Assembly: GCA_963808625.1 (NCBI GenBank)
Contig: CAWEHK010000021.1
Span: forward strand, 1 to 64,000
Direction of reading: 5' to 3'
DNA from: an uncultured delta proteobacterium
Lineage (GTDB): Bacteria; Desulfobacterota; Syntrophobacteria; Syntrophobacterales; Syntrophobacteraceae
DNA: 64,000 nucleotides
Part shown: positions 31,095 to 42,882 of the stretch, piece by piece
Numbering within the stretch: position 1 is the first letter of the stretch
Layout: the number at the start of each line of letters is the position of its first letter
The notes under the pieces: generated by a model
What the model was told of the DNA's origin: nothing
Database searches by the model: none
The model's input: only the letters and a program-made list of their open reading frames with translations
Program-made: the position numbers and the translations under genes

Positions 31095-33554
31095 ATGGAG
31101 CAGAACCGGGTCGTTGTCACCGGACTTGGGACCGTCAATGCCATCGCCCGGAGTGCGCCCGAGTTTTCCCGCGCCCTGCAGGCCGGCCGCTGCGGCATCG
31201 GCCCGGTGAACGTCTTTGATACCACCGACCACCGAACCCACAACGGCGGCCAGGTACAACAGTTCGCCCCCCGTGAGATGATTCCGCGCCGCTTTTCCCT
31301 CAAGCGCATGTCCCGTGCGGACTGCATGGCCATGGCGGCGACCATCGAGGCCCTCACCGATGCCGGGCTTTTCGAGGGGCCGGACGAATTGCGGGGCGAA
31401 ATGGGCGTCGTGATTGGGGGCGGGGCCGGCGGGATGCTTGAATGCGAGACGGTTTACCGGGACTATCTCCTGGGCGCGGGCCGGGGAGCGGCCTATTCCC
31501 GGTTTGCTTCCTTCGGCTGCGCCTCCTCGGCCGACCGGATTGCCTCCCAGTTGCGGCTCATGGGGCCCAAGACCACCTTCATGACCGCCTGCTCATCAGG
31601 GGCCACCGCGATCGGTTACGCCCGTGATCTGATCCAGGCAAAGATGGCGCCGGTCGTCATCTGCGGCGGCACCGAACCGTTGTGCCGGATCACCTATGCG
31701 GCCTTCAACGCCTTGCAGGCCGTGGACCCGGAGTACTGCAAGCCGTTTGATAAAAACCGGCAAGGGCTTTCCCTGGGCGAAGGCGCCGGCATCATGATTC
31801 TGGAAGCGTTGTCGCATGCCCGGCAGCGGGGAGCCCATATTTACGGTGAGATCCTGGGTTACGGAGTCAGCTGCGATGCCCACCACATGACCGCTCCGGA
31901 CCCCGAAGGGGCCGGGGCCGCGCTCGCCATGCGGCGCGCCCTCGAAGATGCCGGCATCGCCCCGGAGGCGGTGGATTATATCAATGCCCACGGTACGGCC
32001 ACACCGGCCAATGATTTGATGGAAACCAAAGGCATCAAGGCCGTTTTTGGCCGGCGGGCCTATCAGATACCGGTCAGCTCGACCAAGTCCATGATCGGCC
32101 ATACCCTGGGGGCCGCCGGCGCCATCGAAGGGGTGGCGGCGCTGCTGGCGATCCATCACCACTTCATTCCGCCGACGATCCACCTCGAGACACCCGACCC
32201 CCAATGCGACCTGGATTTCGTTACGGACGGCGCCCGTGCGTCCGACATCAACATCGTGCTCTCCAACTCCTTTGCCTTCGGAGGCAACAACACCGTGGTG
32301 GTTTTCGGCAAATTCACCGATTCGGGGTTCCCCATGCTTAGGCGGGTAGTGGTGACCGGTGTCGGTCTGGTCACGCCGCTCGGCGTGGGCAAGGATGTTT
32401 TCACGCGGCAGCTCTTCGGCGGCCTTTCCGGCATTCGACCCATCACCCTTTTCGACACCGCCCGCTTTGATGCCAAATTGGGGGCTCAGGTCCGGGACTT
32501 CACCCCGCAGGATTTCATCCGTCCCGCAACCCTGCGGCGCATGGATCGGTTGTCGCAAATGGCCACCGCAGCGGCGCGCATGGCCCTCGACGACGCCGGT
32601 TTTCAAATCGGTCCGCACAACCGGGACCGGGTGGGTGTTGTGCTGGGGACCTGCTTCGGCGGTACCGATGTAGCCGCTCAATTCGGAAAGGTGCTCTTCA
32701 CCGACAGCCCCAGGCGGGCCAACCCCATCCTCGTGCCAAACGTCGTGATGAACGCGCCGGCCGGACATGCGGCCATCGAACTGGGCGTCCGGGGTGTCAA
32801 CACCACCGTCAACCACCGCGAGGTGTCGGCGGAGACGGCCATGGCCTATGCCGCGGCCGAGATTGGGCGGGGGCGCGCCGAGGTCATTCTCACGGGCGGC
32901 GGCGAGATCATTTCGGAATTCTATTTTAACGTGCTGACCCACTTCCGCACCCTTTCTCCCCAGAAAGGCGGGCCGGAGGGGATTCGGCCCTTCGATGCCC
33001 GGCGCAACGGCACCATTGTCGGCGAGGGCGCGGGTATTGTCTGCCTCGAATCCCTGGAAAGCGCCGAAGCCCGGGGGGCCATCCCCTACTGCGAAATCGC
33101 GGGCTGGGGTCTGAGCGCCGCACCGGCCGGCCCCAACGATTGGCCGACGGACCCGGCCGGGCCGTCCCTGGCCATGACCAGGGCCCTGGCGGCCGCCCGG
33201 ATCGCTCCCGACGACATCGATTATGTCTGCGCGGCCGCCAACGGCGGGCGCCGGTCGGATCGACTCGAGGCCGAAGCCTTGGGCGCGGTTTTCGCCCAGC
33301 CGGGCCGTCAACCCCGCATCAGCGCCATCAAAGGCTCACTGGGCGAAAGTTTTTCGTCCGGCGGGATGCGCGCGGCAGCCATGGCGTTGTCCATCCAAAA
33401 TCAAACCCCGGCCCCCACCCTGGGGCTCTCCCAACCGATCTCGCCGCTGCACTTCGTCGTTAAAGCCGAAACCCGGGTTCCCATCCGTTACGGCCTGATC
33501 AACGGCATCTCGTCCGGCGGCACTTTTGCGGCGGTCATCATGAAGAATATTTGA
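31095..33554 (+). CDS. FabF-type ketosynthase in frame with a chain-length-factor-like KS (second ATG at 32334)
   Basis: Domain 1 has TACSSG/HGTAT/GHTLG; domain 2 has HREVSAE/AANG/GESFS (no catalytic triad); ggagg RBS before 31095. Confidence 0.88.
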   Translation: MEQNRVVVTGLGTVNAIARSAPEFSRALQAGRCGIGPVNVFDTTDHRTHNGGQVQQFAPREMIPRRFSLKRMSRADCMAMAATIEALTDAGLFEGPDELRGEMGVVIGGGAGGMLECETVYRDYLLGAGRGAAYSRFASFGCASSADRIASQLRLMGPKTTFMTACSSGATAIGYARDLIQAKMAPVVICGGTEPLCRITYAAFNALQAVDPEYCKPFDKNRQGLSLGEGAGIMILEALSHARQRGAHIYGEILGYGVSCDAHHMTAPDPEGAGAALAMRRALEDAGIAPEAVDYINAHGTATPANDLMETKGIKAVFGRRAYQIPVSSTKSMIGHTLGAAGAIEGVAALLAIHHHFIPPTIHLETPDPQCDLDFVTDGARASDINIVLSNSFAFGGNNTVVVFGKFTDSGFPMLRRVVVTGVGLVTPLGVGKDVFTRQLFGGLSGIRPITLFDTARFDAKLGAQVRDFTPQDFIRPATLRRMDRLSQMATAAARMALDDAGFQIGPHNRDRVGVVLGTCFGGTDVAAQFGKVLFTDSPRRANPILVPNVVMNAPAGHAAIELGVRGVNTTVNHREVSAETAMAYAAAEIGRGRAEVILTGGGEIISEFYFNVLTHFRTLSPQKGGPEGIRPFDARRNGTIVGEGAGIVCLESLESAEARGAIPYCEIAGWGLSAAPAGPNDWPTDPAGPSLAMTRALAAARIAPDDIDYVCAAANGGRRSDRLEAEALGAVFAQPGRQPRISAIKGSLGESFSSGGMRAAAMALSIQNQTPAPTLGLSQPISPLHFVVKAETRVPIRYGLINGISSGGTFAAVIMKNI

Positions 33555-33729
33555 AGTCGTCATCCCCGTTGCGCTCATGCTGGGCATCGGAATTCCGGCC
33601 AACGAGATATGCCCACTCCATTGCCCGAAGAAGTCGGGGTTGGCGCTGCCGCAAGGCGCAACGCCCAGAGGCTATGCCGATAGACATTTTGAACCCGATA
33701 CCCAAAATTTTCATGAGGAAGGAAAGCGC

Positions 33730-34890
33730 ATGCAAAGCAGCCTCTCTGTTGTGGCCGTGAATGGTTCGCCGCACACCGGCGCTGGAAATACAGCGTTGAT
33801 GCTGGCGATGATCGGGGATTCCCTGGACCGGCTCGGGCTAAGACTGGAGGTCATCCATCTCGCCGACCACGTCATCGAATACTGCGTAGGATGCGGCTTT
33901 TGCATTGAAAACGGCAAATGCTGGGTGCCTGACGATCATGCGGCCATCCTCGATCGACTGCTCGCCGCCGACGCAGTCATTCTCGCATCCCCGGTTTATT
34001 TTTTTCATGTCACCGCCCAAACGAAGACGTTCCTGGATCGCAGCCTGGTTCTGGGCCATCGGCCTCGACCCACATGGAAACCGGGGCTGGCCGTATCGGT
34101 CTCGGCCGGGGCTGGTGAAACCCAAGTCGCGGATTATCTGGCTGGAATGCTCCGCGTCTACGGGGCGTTTCCCGTGGGGAGTCTGACCGCCTTGGCGACC
34201 GTGCCCGGAGGGTTCGTCGGCAAAGATGCGGTGGCGGCTCGTGCAGAGGATCTTGCAGGGGACCTGGCGCGGGCGATCAGGGAAAAGCGCCGCTATCCGG
34301 CAACGGAAATGGACCTTCGATATTACCACTTCATGTCCGCCCTCATCCGCGAAAACCGCGATGCGGTGATGAAGAACGATTTCGACTATTGGGAAGAGAC
34401 CGGATTGAATCAAGGATTTGCAGCCTATCTCCAGCAGCAGCGGGAAACGACGGCCCCCCGCGACCCGGAACTCCGCAAGGCATGGATGAAGGAATTGACG
34501 GCGGAGTACGCCAAGAAGCGTTCCCTCAGGGGAACCCCCAAGTCGAAACCGACCCCCGATGGGTCCTCGCCTGCCAAAACCTGCCGTGAACTCTTGCAGA
34601 TCATGCCCGCCATCCTTGATCGGTCGGCGGCGAAGGGGTTGCATGCCGTTTACGAATTCCAGGTGTCGGGTGAAGAAGTCTTCAGCGCTCATTTAAGAAT
34701 CGAAGATGGGACCTGCACCTATGCTGAAGGGCCGGCGGACAGCCCGGACGTGGTCATCAAGACACCGGCGAGCGTGTGGTTGGCGATATCAAGAGGTGAA
34801 CTCGACGGTCAAACGGCTTTCCTGAGCCGCAAATTCACCGTCGAGGGGAATCTGACGCTGCTCTTTAAGATGAAGACGCTGTTCCATTGA
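33730..34890 (+). CDS. Iron-sulfur flavoprotein/FMN-reductase domain fused to SCP2 lipid-binding domain
   Basis: NGSPH..GNT, CVGCGFC....C, ASPVY; C-terminal YEFQVSG..IEDGTC..PDVVI..W..I..GELDG..AF..VEGN. Confidence 0.8.
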   Translation: MQSSLSVVAVNGSPHTGAGNTALMLAMIGDSLDRLGLRLEVIHLADHVIEYCVGCGFCIENGKCWVPDDHAAILDRLLAADAVILASPVYFFHVTAQTKTFLDRSLVLGHRPRPTWKPGLAVSVSAGAGETQVADYLAGMLRVYGAFPVGSLTALATVPGGFVGKDAVAARAEDLAGDLARAIREKRRYPATEMDLRYYHFMSALIRENRDAVMKNDFDYWEETGLNQGFAAYLQQQRETTAPRDPELRKAWMKELTAEYAKKRSLRGTPKSKPTPDGSSPAKTCRELLQIMPAILDRSAAKGLHAVYEFQVSGEEVFSAHLRIEDGTCTYAEGPADSPDVVIKTPASVWLAISRGELDGQTAFLSRKFTVEGNLTLLFKMKTLFH

Positions 34891-35123
34891 CACCCATGCG
34901 GGGTAAAATTACCGTAATGGTATTCAAAAAATAATGATTGTGTATTGGGTTGCCCCAAGCTAATATGAATGATTGAGGTTATTTTACGCTGGTTTGGAAA
35001 GCCGGTGGGGACGGCTGTGTTAGAGAGAGCCCGGTTCGCAATCCGGCCGCTTCCCGCAGGATAAGCAACCGGTCTTCATGAAGCGGCCCGGCAATAAGAG
35101 TGGGTGCCATTGAGGAATAGAGC

Positions 35124-35546
35124 ATGCAGCAGCGAGACGTGCCCCAGGACGAAGGATTGAACCTGGGGATGCGGGAGATCACTTACGCTATCGATGAAAA
35201 CGGCCGCTACGTTGGCGTTCCGAGCCTGGGGTGGGAACCGAAGAATATCGCCAACGCCCAGGCATGGGAAGTGATTGCTGAAAATATCAAGAGCGAAGCC
35301 CGCCTGGTCAGGGATGGCAAGCGAAGCCCCCTGGCCTATCATTTGGCCAGGCATCTCATGACGGTCGGCTTGGCCGCCAGTTATGTTCGCCTGCCCCGCT
35401 GGCGCGTGAAGCGCCATCTCAAGCCCTCGGTTTTCAACCGGCTAAAACCGGAGATCATGCAGCGATACGCCGATCTATTCGGCCTTACCCTCGCGGAATT
35501 CAAGCAAATCCCCGAAGCAGACGTTAATTTACTGGACCAGGAATAG
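35124..35546 (+). CDS. Conserved hypothetical protein of DAR/flexirubin-type clusters
   Basis: DVPQD..YAIDENGRY..SLGWEPK..SPLAY..WRVKRHLKP; precedes the BtrH-like gene. Confidence 0.65.
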   Translation: MQQRDVPQDEGLNLGMREITYAIDENGRYVGVPSLGWEPKNIANAQAWEVIAENIKSEARLVRDGKRSPLAYHLARHLMTVGLAASYVRLPRWRVKRHLKPSVFNRLKPEIMQRYADLFGLTLAEFKQIPEADVNLLDQE

Positions 35547-35553
35547 CTCTGAC

Positions 35554-36567
35554 ATGGAAATACCTTTCAACCACCGTCAATCGGCTCACTGCGAGACCGG
35601 TGTTCTTACGAATTTGCTGTACCACTACGGGTTGAACATCAGCGAGTCGATGGTTTTCGGCATTGGTTCCGGCCTCTTTTTCGGTTATTTCCCATTTATC
35701 CGCATCAATCGCCTGCCCCTTACGGCATTCAGAGTCCGCACGGGCGGCATCATGAAACGGGCCGTCAAACGCCTGGGCGTTTCGCTTGCCTGGGAAAAAT
35801 TCAGAAGCCCCGAAAAAGCGATGGCGGTTCTGGACCAGAAACTGGTCGACGCGGTCCCGGTCGGGTGCCGCACCGGAGCCTATTGGCTGAGTTACTTCCC
35901 CAGACGGTACCGGTTCCACTTCAACATGCACAACCTGGTCGTGTTCGGCAAACAAAACGGCAGCTACCTCGTCAGCGACCCGGTTTTCCCCGAACCCGTT
36001 CTCTGCCCGCATGACGACCTGATGAAGGCCCGGTTTGCCCGCGGCCCGATGCCGCCCAAAGGCCGGATGTATTATGTGACCCATGTGCCTTCGCAGCCGA
36101 ACCTCTCCGAAGCGGTCCGCCGGGGGATCAAAGAGGTTTGCCGCACCATGCTGAAGGCCCCGGGACCGTTTCTGGGGGTCAAGGGCATTCGATACCTGGC
36201 AAAAAATGTCGAATCATGGGCGCACAAGATGGAGGCGCGCGAGGCCGCGCTCCGCCTGGGGCAGGTCATCCGGATGCAGGAGGAGATCGGGACCGGCGGC
36301 GGTGGGTTTCGCTTCATCTACGCCGCCTTCTTGCAGGAGGCGGCCGGCCTCCTGAACGATGACCATCTTCAGCGGCTGTCTGACCGCATGACCGAGGTGG
36401 GGGACCTGTGGCGCGAGTTTGCGCTCATCGGGTCGCGGATTTGCAAGCAGCGCGCCGGTGAAACGGAGACTTATGCCGCGCTGGCGGCGATCCTGCGGCA
36501 ATGTGCGGACAAGGAAACCCGCCTCTATCAGGATCTCCTGGCACGCATGGACCAGGTGTCGGCATGA
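35554..36567 (+). CDS. BtrH-like (papain-fold) protein
   Basis: FNHRQSAHCETG, SESMVFGIGSG, FHFNMHN, SDP, MQEEIGTGGGGFRFIYAAFL. Confidence 0.8.
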   Translation: MEIPFNHRQSAHCETGVLTNLLYHYGLNISESMVFGIGSGLFFGYFPFIRINRLPLTAFRVRTGGIMKRAVKRLGVSLAWEKFRSPEKAMAVLDQKLVDAVPVGCRTGAYWLSYFPRRYRFHFNMHNLVVFGKQNGSYLVSDPVFPEPVLCPHDDLMKARFARGPMPPKGRMYYVTHVPSQPNLSEAVRRGIKEVCRTMLKAPGPFLGVKGIRYLAKNVESWAHKMEAREAALRLGQVIRMQEEIGTGGGGFRFIYAAFLQEAAGLLNDDHLQRLSDRMTEVGDLWREFALIGSRICKQRAGETETYAALAAILRQCADKETRLYQDLLARMDQVSA

Positions 36568-36830
36568 TCGGCGGCATGACCCTCAAAGACCAGCTCAAGA
36601 AACTCATCGTGGAAGACCTGAACCTCGATCAGGTCCTGCCGGAAGAAATCGGTGACGACGAGCCGCTGTTTGGCGACCGGTACGGGCTGGACTCGATCGA
36701 CGCCGTCGAACTGGTCTTCCAGCTCAAGAAACATTTCGGGGTCGTTATCAAGAACCAGAGTGAGGGCCGCTCGATTCTTCAAAGCGTGAACACCATTTGC
36801 GCATTCATTGAAAAAAGGCAGGGGGCATGA
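36564..36830 (+). CDS. Acyl carrier protein
   Basis: LFG..YGLDSIDAVEL. Confidence 0.92.
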   Translation: MIGGMTLKDQLKKLIVEDLNLDQVLPEEIGDDEPLFGDRYGLDSIDAVELVFQLKKHFGVVIKNQSEGRSILQSVNTICAFIEKRQGA

Positions 36831-38021
36831 ACCGCCAGCGGCCTGTCTCCGTCAGCGGCATGGGCTGTATCTGCGCCGCCGGCAGGGATCTCCCTGACTG
36901 CATGGAGGCCCTTTTCAGCCGGGCCCCGATACCCGCGCCGCCGCGCTCGCTTCCCGGGGCGCAGCATCCGGTCTTTGAAGTGCCCGATCGGTTTCTGCCG
37001 GCTTCCGATTCCCCCAATCTGGCAATGGTCCGAGCCGTCCGCCTGGCCTTGACGGCAACGCATGAAGCGCTCACGGATGCCGGTCTGACCCCGGCGGCGC
37101 TGCGGAAAAAACGGGTCGGCGTCGTGATCGGCACCAATGTCGGCAGCGGCGTGAGCAACCGAGCCCTCCAGAAAGACTTGATCGGGATCGATTGCAGTTC
37201 CTTGTCGCCGGCCGAGCGTTTCCTGATCGTCAACCCGGCGCAATGGCTCACCCGTCATTTCGAGCTCTCGGGACCGCATGTCACGATCGTCAACGCGTGC
37301 TCTGCCGGGGGCGATGCCATTGGCCTGGCCGGGACCTGGATTCGCTCGGGACGATGCGATGTGGTCCTTGCCGGAGGCACGGACGCCCTCTACGAAGTCA
37401 CGTATTACGGGTTTGCGGCCCTGTTGAACAGCGACACCACCGCCTGCAAACCCTTTGATTTGCATCGCAACGGTCTGAACCTGGGCGAAGGGGCCGCGAT
37501 GATGGTGCTTGAGTCAGAGGCCATGCTGGCGAACCGGGGCAGGAAGGCCCGGGCTTTTCTCGCGGGCTACGGAACGGCGGCCGATGCCTACCACCTCACC
37601 GCGCCGCATCCGGAAGGCAGCGGGCTCCGCATTGCCGTGCAGGATGCCCTCACCGCGGCCGGTTGCTCCCCGTCGGACATCGCCTTTATCAATGCGCACG
37701 GGACCGGCACCCGCGAAAACGACCGGGTCGAATCTTTCTTTTTCCAGCAAATGTTTCCGGGGGTACCGTTCGGGTCGACCAAGGGCTATACCGGCCACAC
37801 GCTCGGGGCTGCGGGCGCCATCGAAGCGGCTTTCACGGTCGCTTCTCTTGAACAACAGAAGATCCCCGCAAACAATGGGTTTACCACTCCCGACCCCGAG
37901 TTGCCGGTCCATCCCGTCATGGAACCCACCGAGATCTAGCGGCTCCACTGCGCTTTCCCAGACCCTGGCGTTCGGGGGCAACAACAGCGTGTTGGTTTTC
38001 ACCACGGGAAGAGGCGCATGA
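36827..38021 (+). CDS. Ketosynthase (FabF/ApeO-like), frameshifted near 37935
   Basis: NACSAG, NAHGTGT, GHTLGAAG; shifted tail LSQTLAFGGNNS. Confidence 0.88.
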
Positions 38022-39056
38022 AAACTTTCATCAGGGGAGCCGGTGTCGTCGGGGGGTTCGGCTGCCGGCTGTCAAGCCTGGAAGAAGCCATTCGCAGCCA
38101 CCCCGCTCCTGATTCGGATCCCGCAGCCTCGGGTTCGAGCGCCGAAGGGTCTGCCGTCCCGGCGTTCACGGCGAGGACCGACTTGCTGGATAAGTTGGTC
38201 CCGCCCCGGACCCTGCGCCGCGTGGACCACTATGCCCGAATGGCCATTCTGGCCTGTCATCTCGCCCTCGAAGATGCGGCGATGGGTAAGCGGGTTGCCG
38301 GAAAATACCGGTCTTATCGTCGCTACCGGGATGGGGCCGACGGCAAACACCTTGGACCTGCAAGCCGCCGACGTCGCGGCAACCGACCTCGCGCTCTCGC
38401 CCATTTTGTTTTCGAATTCGGTGCAGAATGCTGCCGCAGCATACATTTCGATGCTGCTGAAGATCCGGGGGCCAAGCCTCTCGATCAACCAGTACGAGTT
38501 GTCCGTGCCGCTCGCTTTTCAAACGGCGCTCGACTGGCTCGAAGAGGGCCGCACCGAAACGGTTCTGGTCGGCAGCATCGACTGTTTTTCAAAAGCCCTC
38601 CACGAGGCCTCTCTGAACTGCCGGGATTTAAATAATGGGGACGGGGGCCAAAGGGCGGTGCCGGTCGGCGAAGGAAGCGCGTTTTTTGTTCTCACCCGGC
38701 TGGGGGCGCAAGACATCCGATGCCCCTTCGTGCATCATGTCCATATGGGGAGGGCGTGCCGAGAAGATGGGGTACTCATCCCGAACACACCGATCCTGCA
38801 TAGCGGCCATTGCAGGAACACCGACTTCATGGGGCAGATTCGCGTGCATGCGTCTTTCGCTCACCTCTACGGGACCTTCCCTACCAGCATGGGCATGGAC
38901 GTTGCCGCAGCGCTGCTCCTGCTGAGAACGGAGCAACTCCTGAGCGCATCGTTGCCGCAGTTCGAAGGCGGACGCGCGTTCCATGAAAATCCCCGGATCG
39001 CCTGCTTGAAACAAGGGGAAACCGGTGACTGGGGCATGGTCGTCATCGGCCGATAG
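38018..39056 (+). CDS. Chain-length-factor-like KS N-domain protein, frameshifted near 38285
   Basis: LRRVDHYARMA..ALEDA joined to GLIVATGMG..SPILFSNSVQNAAA..GEGSAFF. Confidence 0.75.
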
Positions 39057-39079
39057 ACGGGAGAAGCGGTTTCCCGCTG

Positions 39080-40224
39080 CTATGCTTCGACTGTGAGCCA
39101 GGCGAAGCCGTGGGAAAACCGCCCGCTTTCGGGGATGAAGCAAAGCAGGTTCTGGCCGGGCTGGAGCTTGTCCGAGTGAAACAACTCCTCCAGGATGATG
39201 AAAATGGCGGCGCTTCCGGTATTCCCTTTTTCCGAAAGATTCGAGACCCACTTGCTCTCGGGCACTTCAAATCCGATCCGTTTCATTTCATCGTAGAATT
39301 TCGGGCGAAAATAGGCCGACGAATAGTGGGGCAGGAACCAATCCACCTGGTCGGGATGGAGACGGTGCTTCTGAACGACTTGCGAAAGAGCATCCCCCAT
39401 GGTTCGCACAATGTTCGCATCGAGGAGCTTGATATCCTGCCGGACTGAAAAGCGATGAGGCATCGCTTCCGGTTCGAACGCTTCGGTTTGCCGCCAGCCG
39501 ACAATGCTGCCGTCCGCCCGCTTCATCCCGCCGCCGTACATGCACGTCTCCAGAACGCCAGCGTAAGAGATCACATCGACCCATGACACCTTCAGGGAAA
39601 GTCCGTCTTTCCTTTTGCCTGCGGATAAGAACACCGCACCGGCTCCGTCCGAAAGCATCCACCTCAAGAAATCGGCGTCAAAAGCGCGCACCGGCCGCGT
39701 CTCGAGGTCGGCAACCCCATCGTAAAACGGGGTCAGGAATTGCGCCCGCATGTACGAAGAGGATAGTTCGGAACCGGTGGCCACCGCGTTCGAAGTCAGG
39801 CCGGCAGCGACACTCATGCACGCATATTTAAACGCTGTAATTCCGGCAAGACAAATGCCGGCGGTCGTCACCGCCTCGCACGCAGGGATTCCCAATTCCC
39901 CCAGTACCATGAGGGCGTGGCCGGGCAACAACAGGTCCGGACTCGTGGTGCCGCAACACAGGCATTGAATGTCACCCGGGACATACCCTTCATAGGGCTG
40001 CAGCCTGCGGACCGCCTCCGCCGTGAGCTGGGCATTGGTATGGGTCAGGCGACCCGATTCGGCGTCCAGGGCGTAATATCGCGGGTGATTTGATTGCTTT
40101 TGAGCACCAGTCGTTTGGCTTTGGAGGATACCCCCCGCACTTTTCCAAGAACATCCTCGATGGCATCGTTTGTCACCGGGCTGTTGGGAAGAACGGCCGA
40201 TACATCGTTGATAAATACATCCAT
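39080..40224 (-). CDS. darB: DarB/StlD-family ketosynthase III, frameshifted near 40080
   Basis: MDVFINDVSAVLPNSPV; CGTTSPDLLLPGHA; GICLAG; DFLRWMLSDGAGA; FLPHYSS; GNTGSA; FIPESGRFS. Confidence 0.85.
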
Positions 40225-40235
40225 GATCTTTTCTC

Positions 40236-41536
40236 TCACTCGTGGGATATATGCTTCAGAAAACGCTTCAGCATCGCCGCATAGGCCTGGTAGAAAAGCT
40301 TGGGCTCCATGCGCGTGGGGCAGACGGCATTGGTAAAGGTATAATAGTCCAGGTCGTGGATGGTGATTTTGTGTCTCATTTCCCGGTACAACGGGGTCCC
40401 GGGCAAGGGCGTCAGAATCGACGGCAGCGGCAGGTCGATGGCATGCGACGCCACAAAGCGCTCCAAAGCTTCGAAATCCGCCTCGGTGTATTCCGGAGTC
40501 ACGATGAAATCAGCAATGACCCGGATGCCCAGGTCCTCGAGTATGCCCAAGGCCTCGAGGTTGAGGGCAACCGAGCTTCGCTTCTGCAACCGCTCCAGCC
40601 CGGCATCAGTGATCTCCTCAAAGCCGATGACGGCCGCCGTCAGCCCGGCCTGTTTCCACAACCGGAGCAAGTCAGGATGCCGGCTCACCGTCTCCGCCCG
40701 CACATCAGCGATGAGTCGCTTTTTTCAACCCTGACTCAAGAATACACTGGCCCAGTTGGAGGGCACTCTCCGGGATCACCGAACGTGTTCGCATCCACCA
40801 GGCGAATGATCGGGACCTCCTCCAGCAGCTTCATGTCACGCAGGACCGCTGCCGGCCGGTGGGTGAGGTAGCGCCCGCCGGTCAGACTCGGGATGGAACA
40901 GAAAATACATCGGTGCGTACAGCCATAGGCCGTGGCGACGAAACCAACCTTCCCGCCCAGCCCACTTATCACATAATGGTCTCTGTGTGCAGCGACCAGG
41001 TCGTAGCGGGGAGGACGGTCATCAACGAGATCCTCGTGGGAATAGGCCCGCCGGACGTAATTCAGGCTCCCGCCCGGATTGGTTTTCGCGACGCCCGCGA
41101 TCCCGGAGCTGACCGTCCGGTTGGCGATGGCGTCGACCAGTTCCCTGAAACTGAGCTTGCCCAGGCCCACGACAATGTAATCGACGGCAGCATGGTTGAA
41201 AAACATGGGATCGCACGAGGCGTGATGGCCCCCCACCACGACCAGGGCATCGCGGTTGCGCTTGACCTCTGCTGCCAATCGCAACACGGTGTTGGCTTCA
41301 CAGACCACGCCGGTGAAACCGACCAGGTCGGGTTCAAAGTCGTCGAGGGTCTCTTCCAGTATATTCGGAGTCGCTTTCAAGTCGGCTATGGCGACGTCAT
41401 GCCCGTCCAAATTCCCGGCGATGACTTCCAGTGCCATGGGCTCGCCTCTGAAAAGCATCTTGATCGTATCGATCCCGTATTCTTCTTCGGGGATGCTTCT
41501 CCCGCAGTTGGGCGGGTTCACGAGGAGAATCTTCAT
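40236..41536 (-). CDS. B12-binding radical SAM protein, frameshifted near 40770
   Basis: MKILLVNPP, VGGHHAS, AYGCTHRCIFC, VDANTF, ILTPLPGT. Confidence 0.88.
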
Positions 41537-41610
41537 ACCTTTACCATGTACTCGCTTATTATTCCTGCGGCAGCTGCAATGATGCTCGTTAAGGTCCAAA
41601 TGTTTATTTT

Positions 41611-41685
41611 TCCACCGCAGAGGACACCGAGGCCGCAGAGAGAATCTTTGGTTTTCTATGCGATCTCAGCGTGCTCTGCGGTTAA
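41611..41685. repeat. Intergenic inverted repeat (REP-like)
   Basis: accgcagaggacaccgaggccgcagagag ... tctcagcgtgctctgcggt. Confidence 0.6.
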
Positions 41686-42183
41686 TTCCCAAGTCTGCCA
41701 CAATGAAGGTTATCAGCCTAAACGACTATACCCACGTCTCAGGCTTCAAAGCCATGAGACCAGGCGCTCTCATCCTCGGCCCGCCCGGAGCACGGCACGA
41801 GATCGGGCCGGTGAGCGCTTAGATCCCGGCGAGGCGGCCTCTTTTGTGAACCCTGAACCCTCGCTCCCGGAGTACTCACTCAGATCAACACCAACGGTCA
41901 ACCGCAAGATTGACTCACCAAGGCTTTGAGGTTAAAGATGCACGTTAAACTGCCAGACTGCCATCAATTAAGTGGGTAATTATATGGGTTGCGCAGGGAT
42001 ATTGCAAAGTGAATTTAGGTAAAAAAATCTCGCCCAACCAGCCAGGCACAAGCGACCGCAGCGAACCCCGACCGCTTTCGGCGAACGAACCACGACTCGA
42101 GGACGGCGGGCATCGCGCCTCAGGAACCATCTCCCCATACGAGCCTCCTTTGGGCCGAGAGACTCACCAAGACGTATCCGCAT

Positions 42184-42882
42184 ATGCCAACTCCCGCTCT
42201 CGCATCCTTCAGTTTGTCCATGGGGCCCGGGGAAATCGTGGGACTGCTGGGACCCAACGGTGCGGGAAAAACAACGGCCATCTCCCTGTTGACCGGGCTT
42301 TTGGCCCCGGATTCCGGCAGCGTGCACATTTGCGGTACCGATCTTTTCAAACACCCCAGGAAAGCACGGCAATGCATTGGGTTGGTTCCGCAGCACATCG
42401 CCTTGTATCCAAGCCTGACGGCTGCTGAAAACCTGTCGTATTTCGGCAGAATGTATCGCATCAGGGGGCGCGCATTGCAGGAGCGCATCGATGCCTGCCT
42501 GGAAATTGTGGGCCTCTCAAACAGCGCTCACGGCCGCATTGACGCGTTTTCCGGAGGCATGAAACGACGGGCCAATTTGGCTGTCGCCCTGCTGCATCAA
42601 CCCCGGCTGCTCTTCCTGGACGAACCGACGGCGGGAGTCGACCCGCAATCACGCAACATGATCTTAGACCGGCTTTCTGAACTGAGCCGCTCCGGAGTCA
42701 GCATGCTCTATACCACGCACTATATCGAAGAAGCCGAGAAGATCTGCTCTCGCATCGCCGTTATCGACGAAGGCCGCATCATCGCGCAAGGCAGCCCGAA
42801 GCAACTGGCACAAGCGCATCCGGACTGCAAGGACCTTGGCCAGCTCTTTCTCCGGTTGACCGGAAAAGACCTGCGGGATTGA
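42184..42882 (+). CDS. ABC exporter ATP-binding protein
   Basis: GPNGAGKTT, FSGGMKRR, LFLDEPT; true start may be slightly upstream. Confidence 0.92.
   Translation: MPTPALASFSLSMGPGEIVGLLGPNGAGKTTAISLLTGLLAPDSGSVHICGTDLFKHPRKARQCIGLVPQHIALYPSLTAAENLSYFGRMYRIRGRALQERIDACLEIVGLSNSAHGRIDAFSGGMKRRANLAVALLHQPRLLFLDEPTAGVDPQSRNMILDRLSELSRSGVSMLYTTHYIEEAEKICSRIAVIDEGRIIAQGSPKQLAQAHPDCKDLGQLFLRLTGKDLRD

Noticed and set aside
31596..33311. 571-aa antisense ORF (also 45488-46639, 46959-48008, 51048-51944, 40859-41929)
   Set aside because: Shadow ORFs opposite well-supported GC-rich genes, with no motifs.
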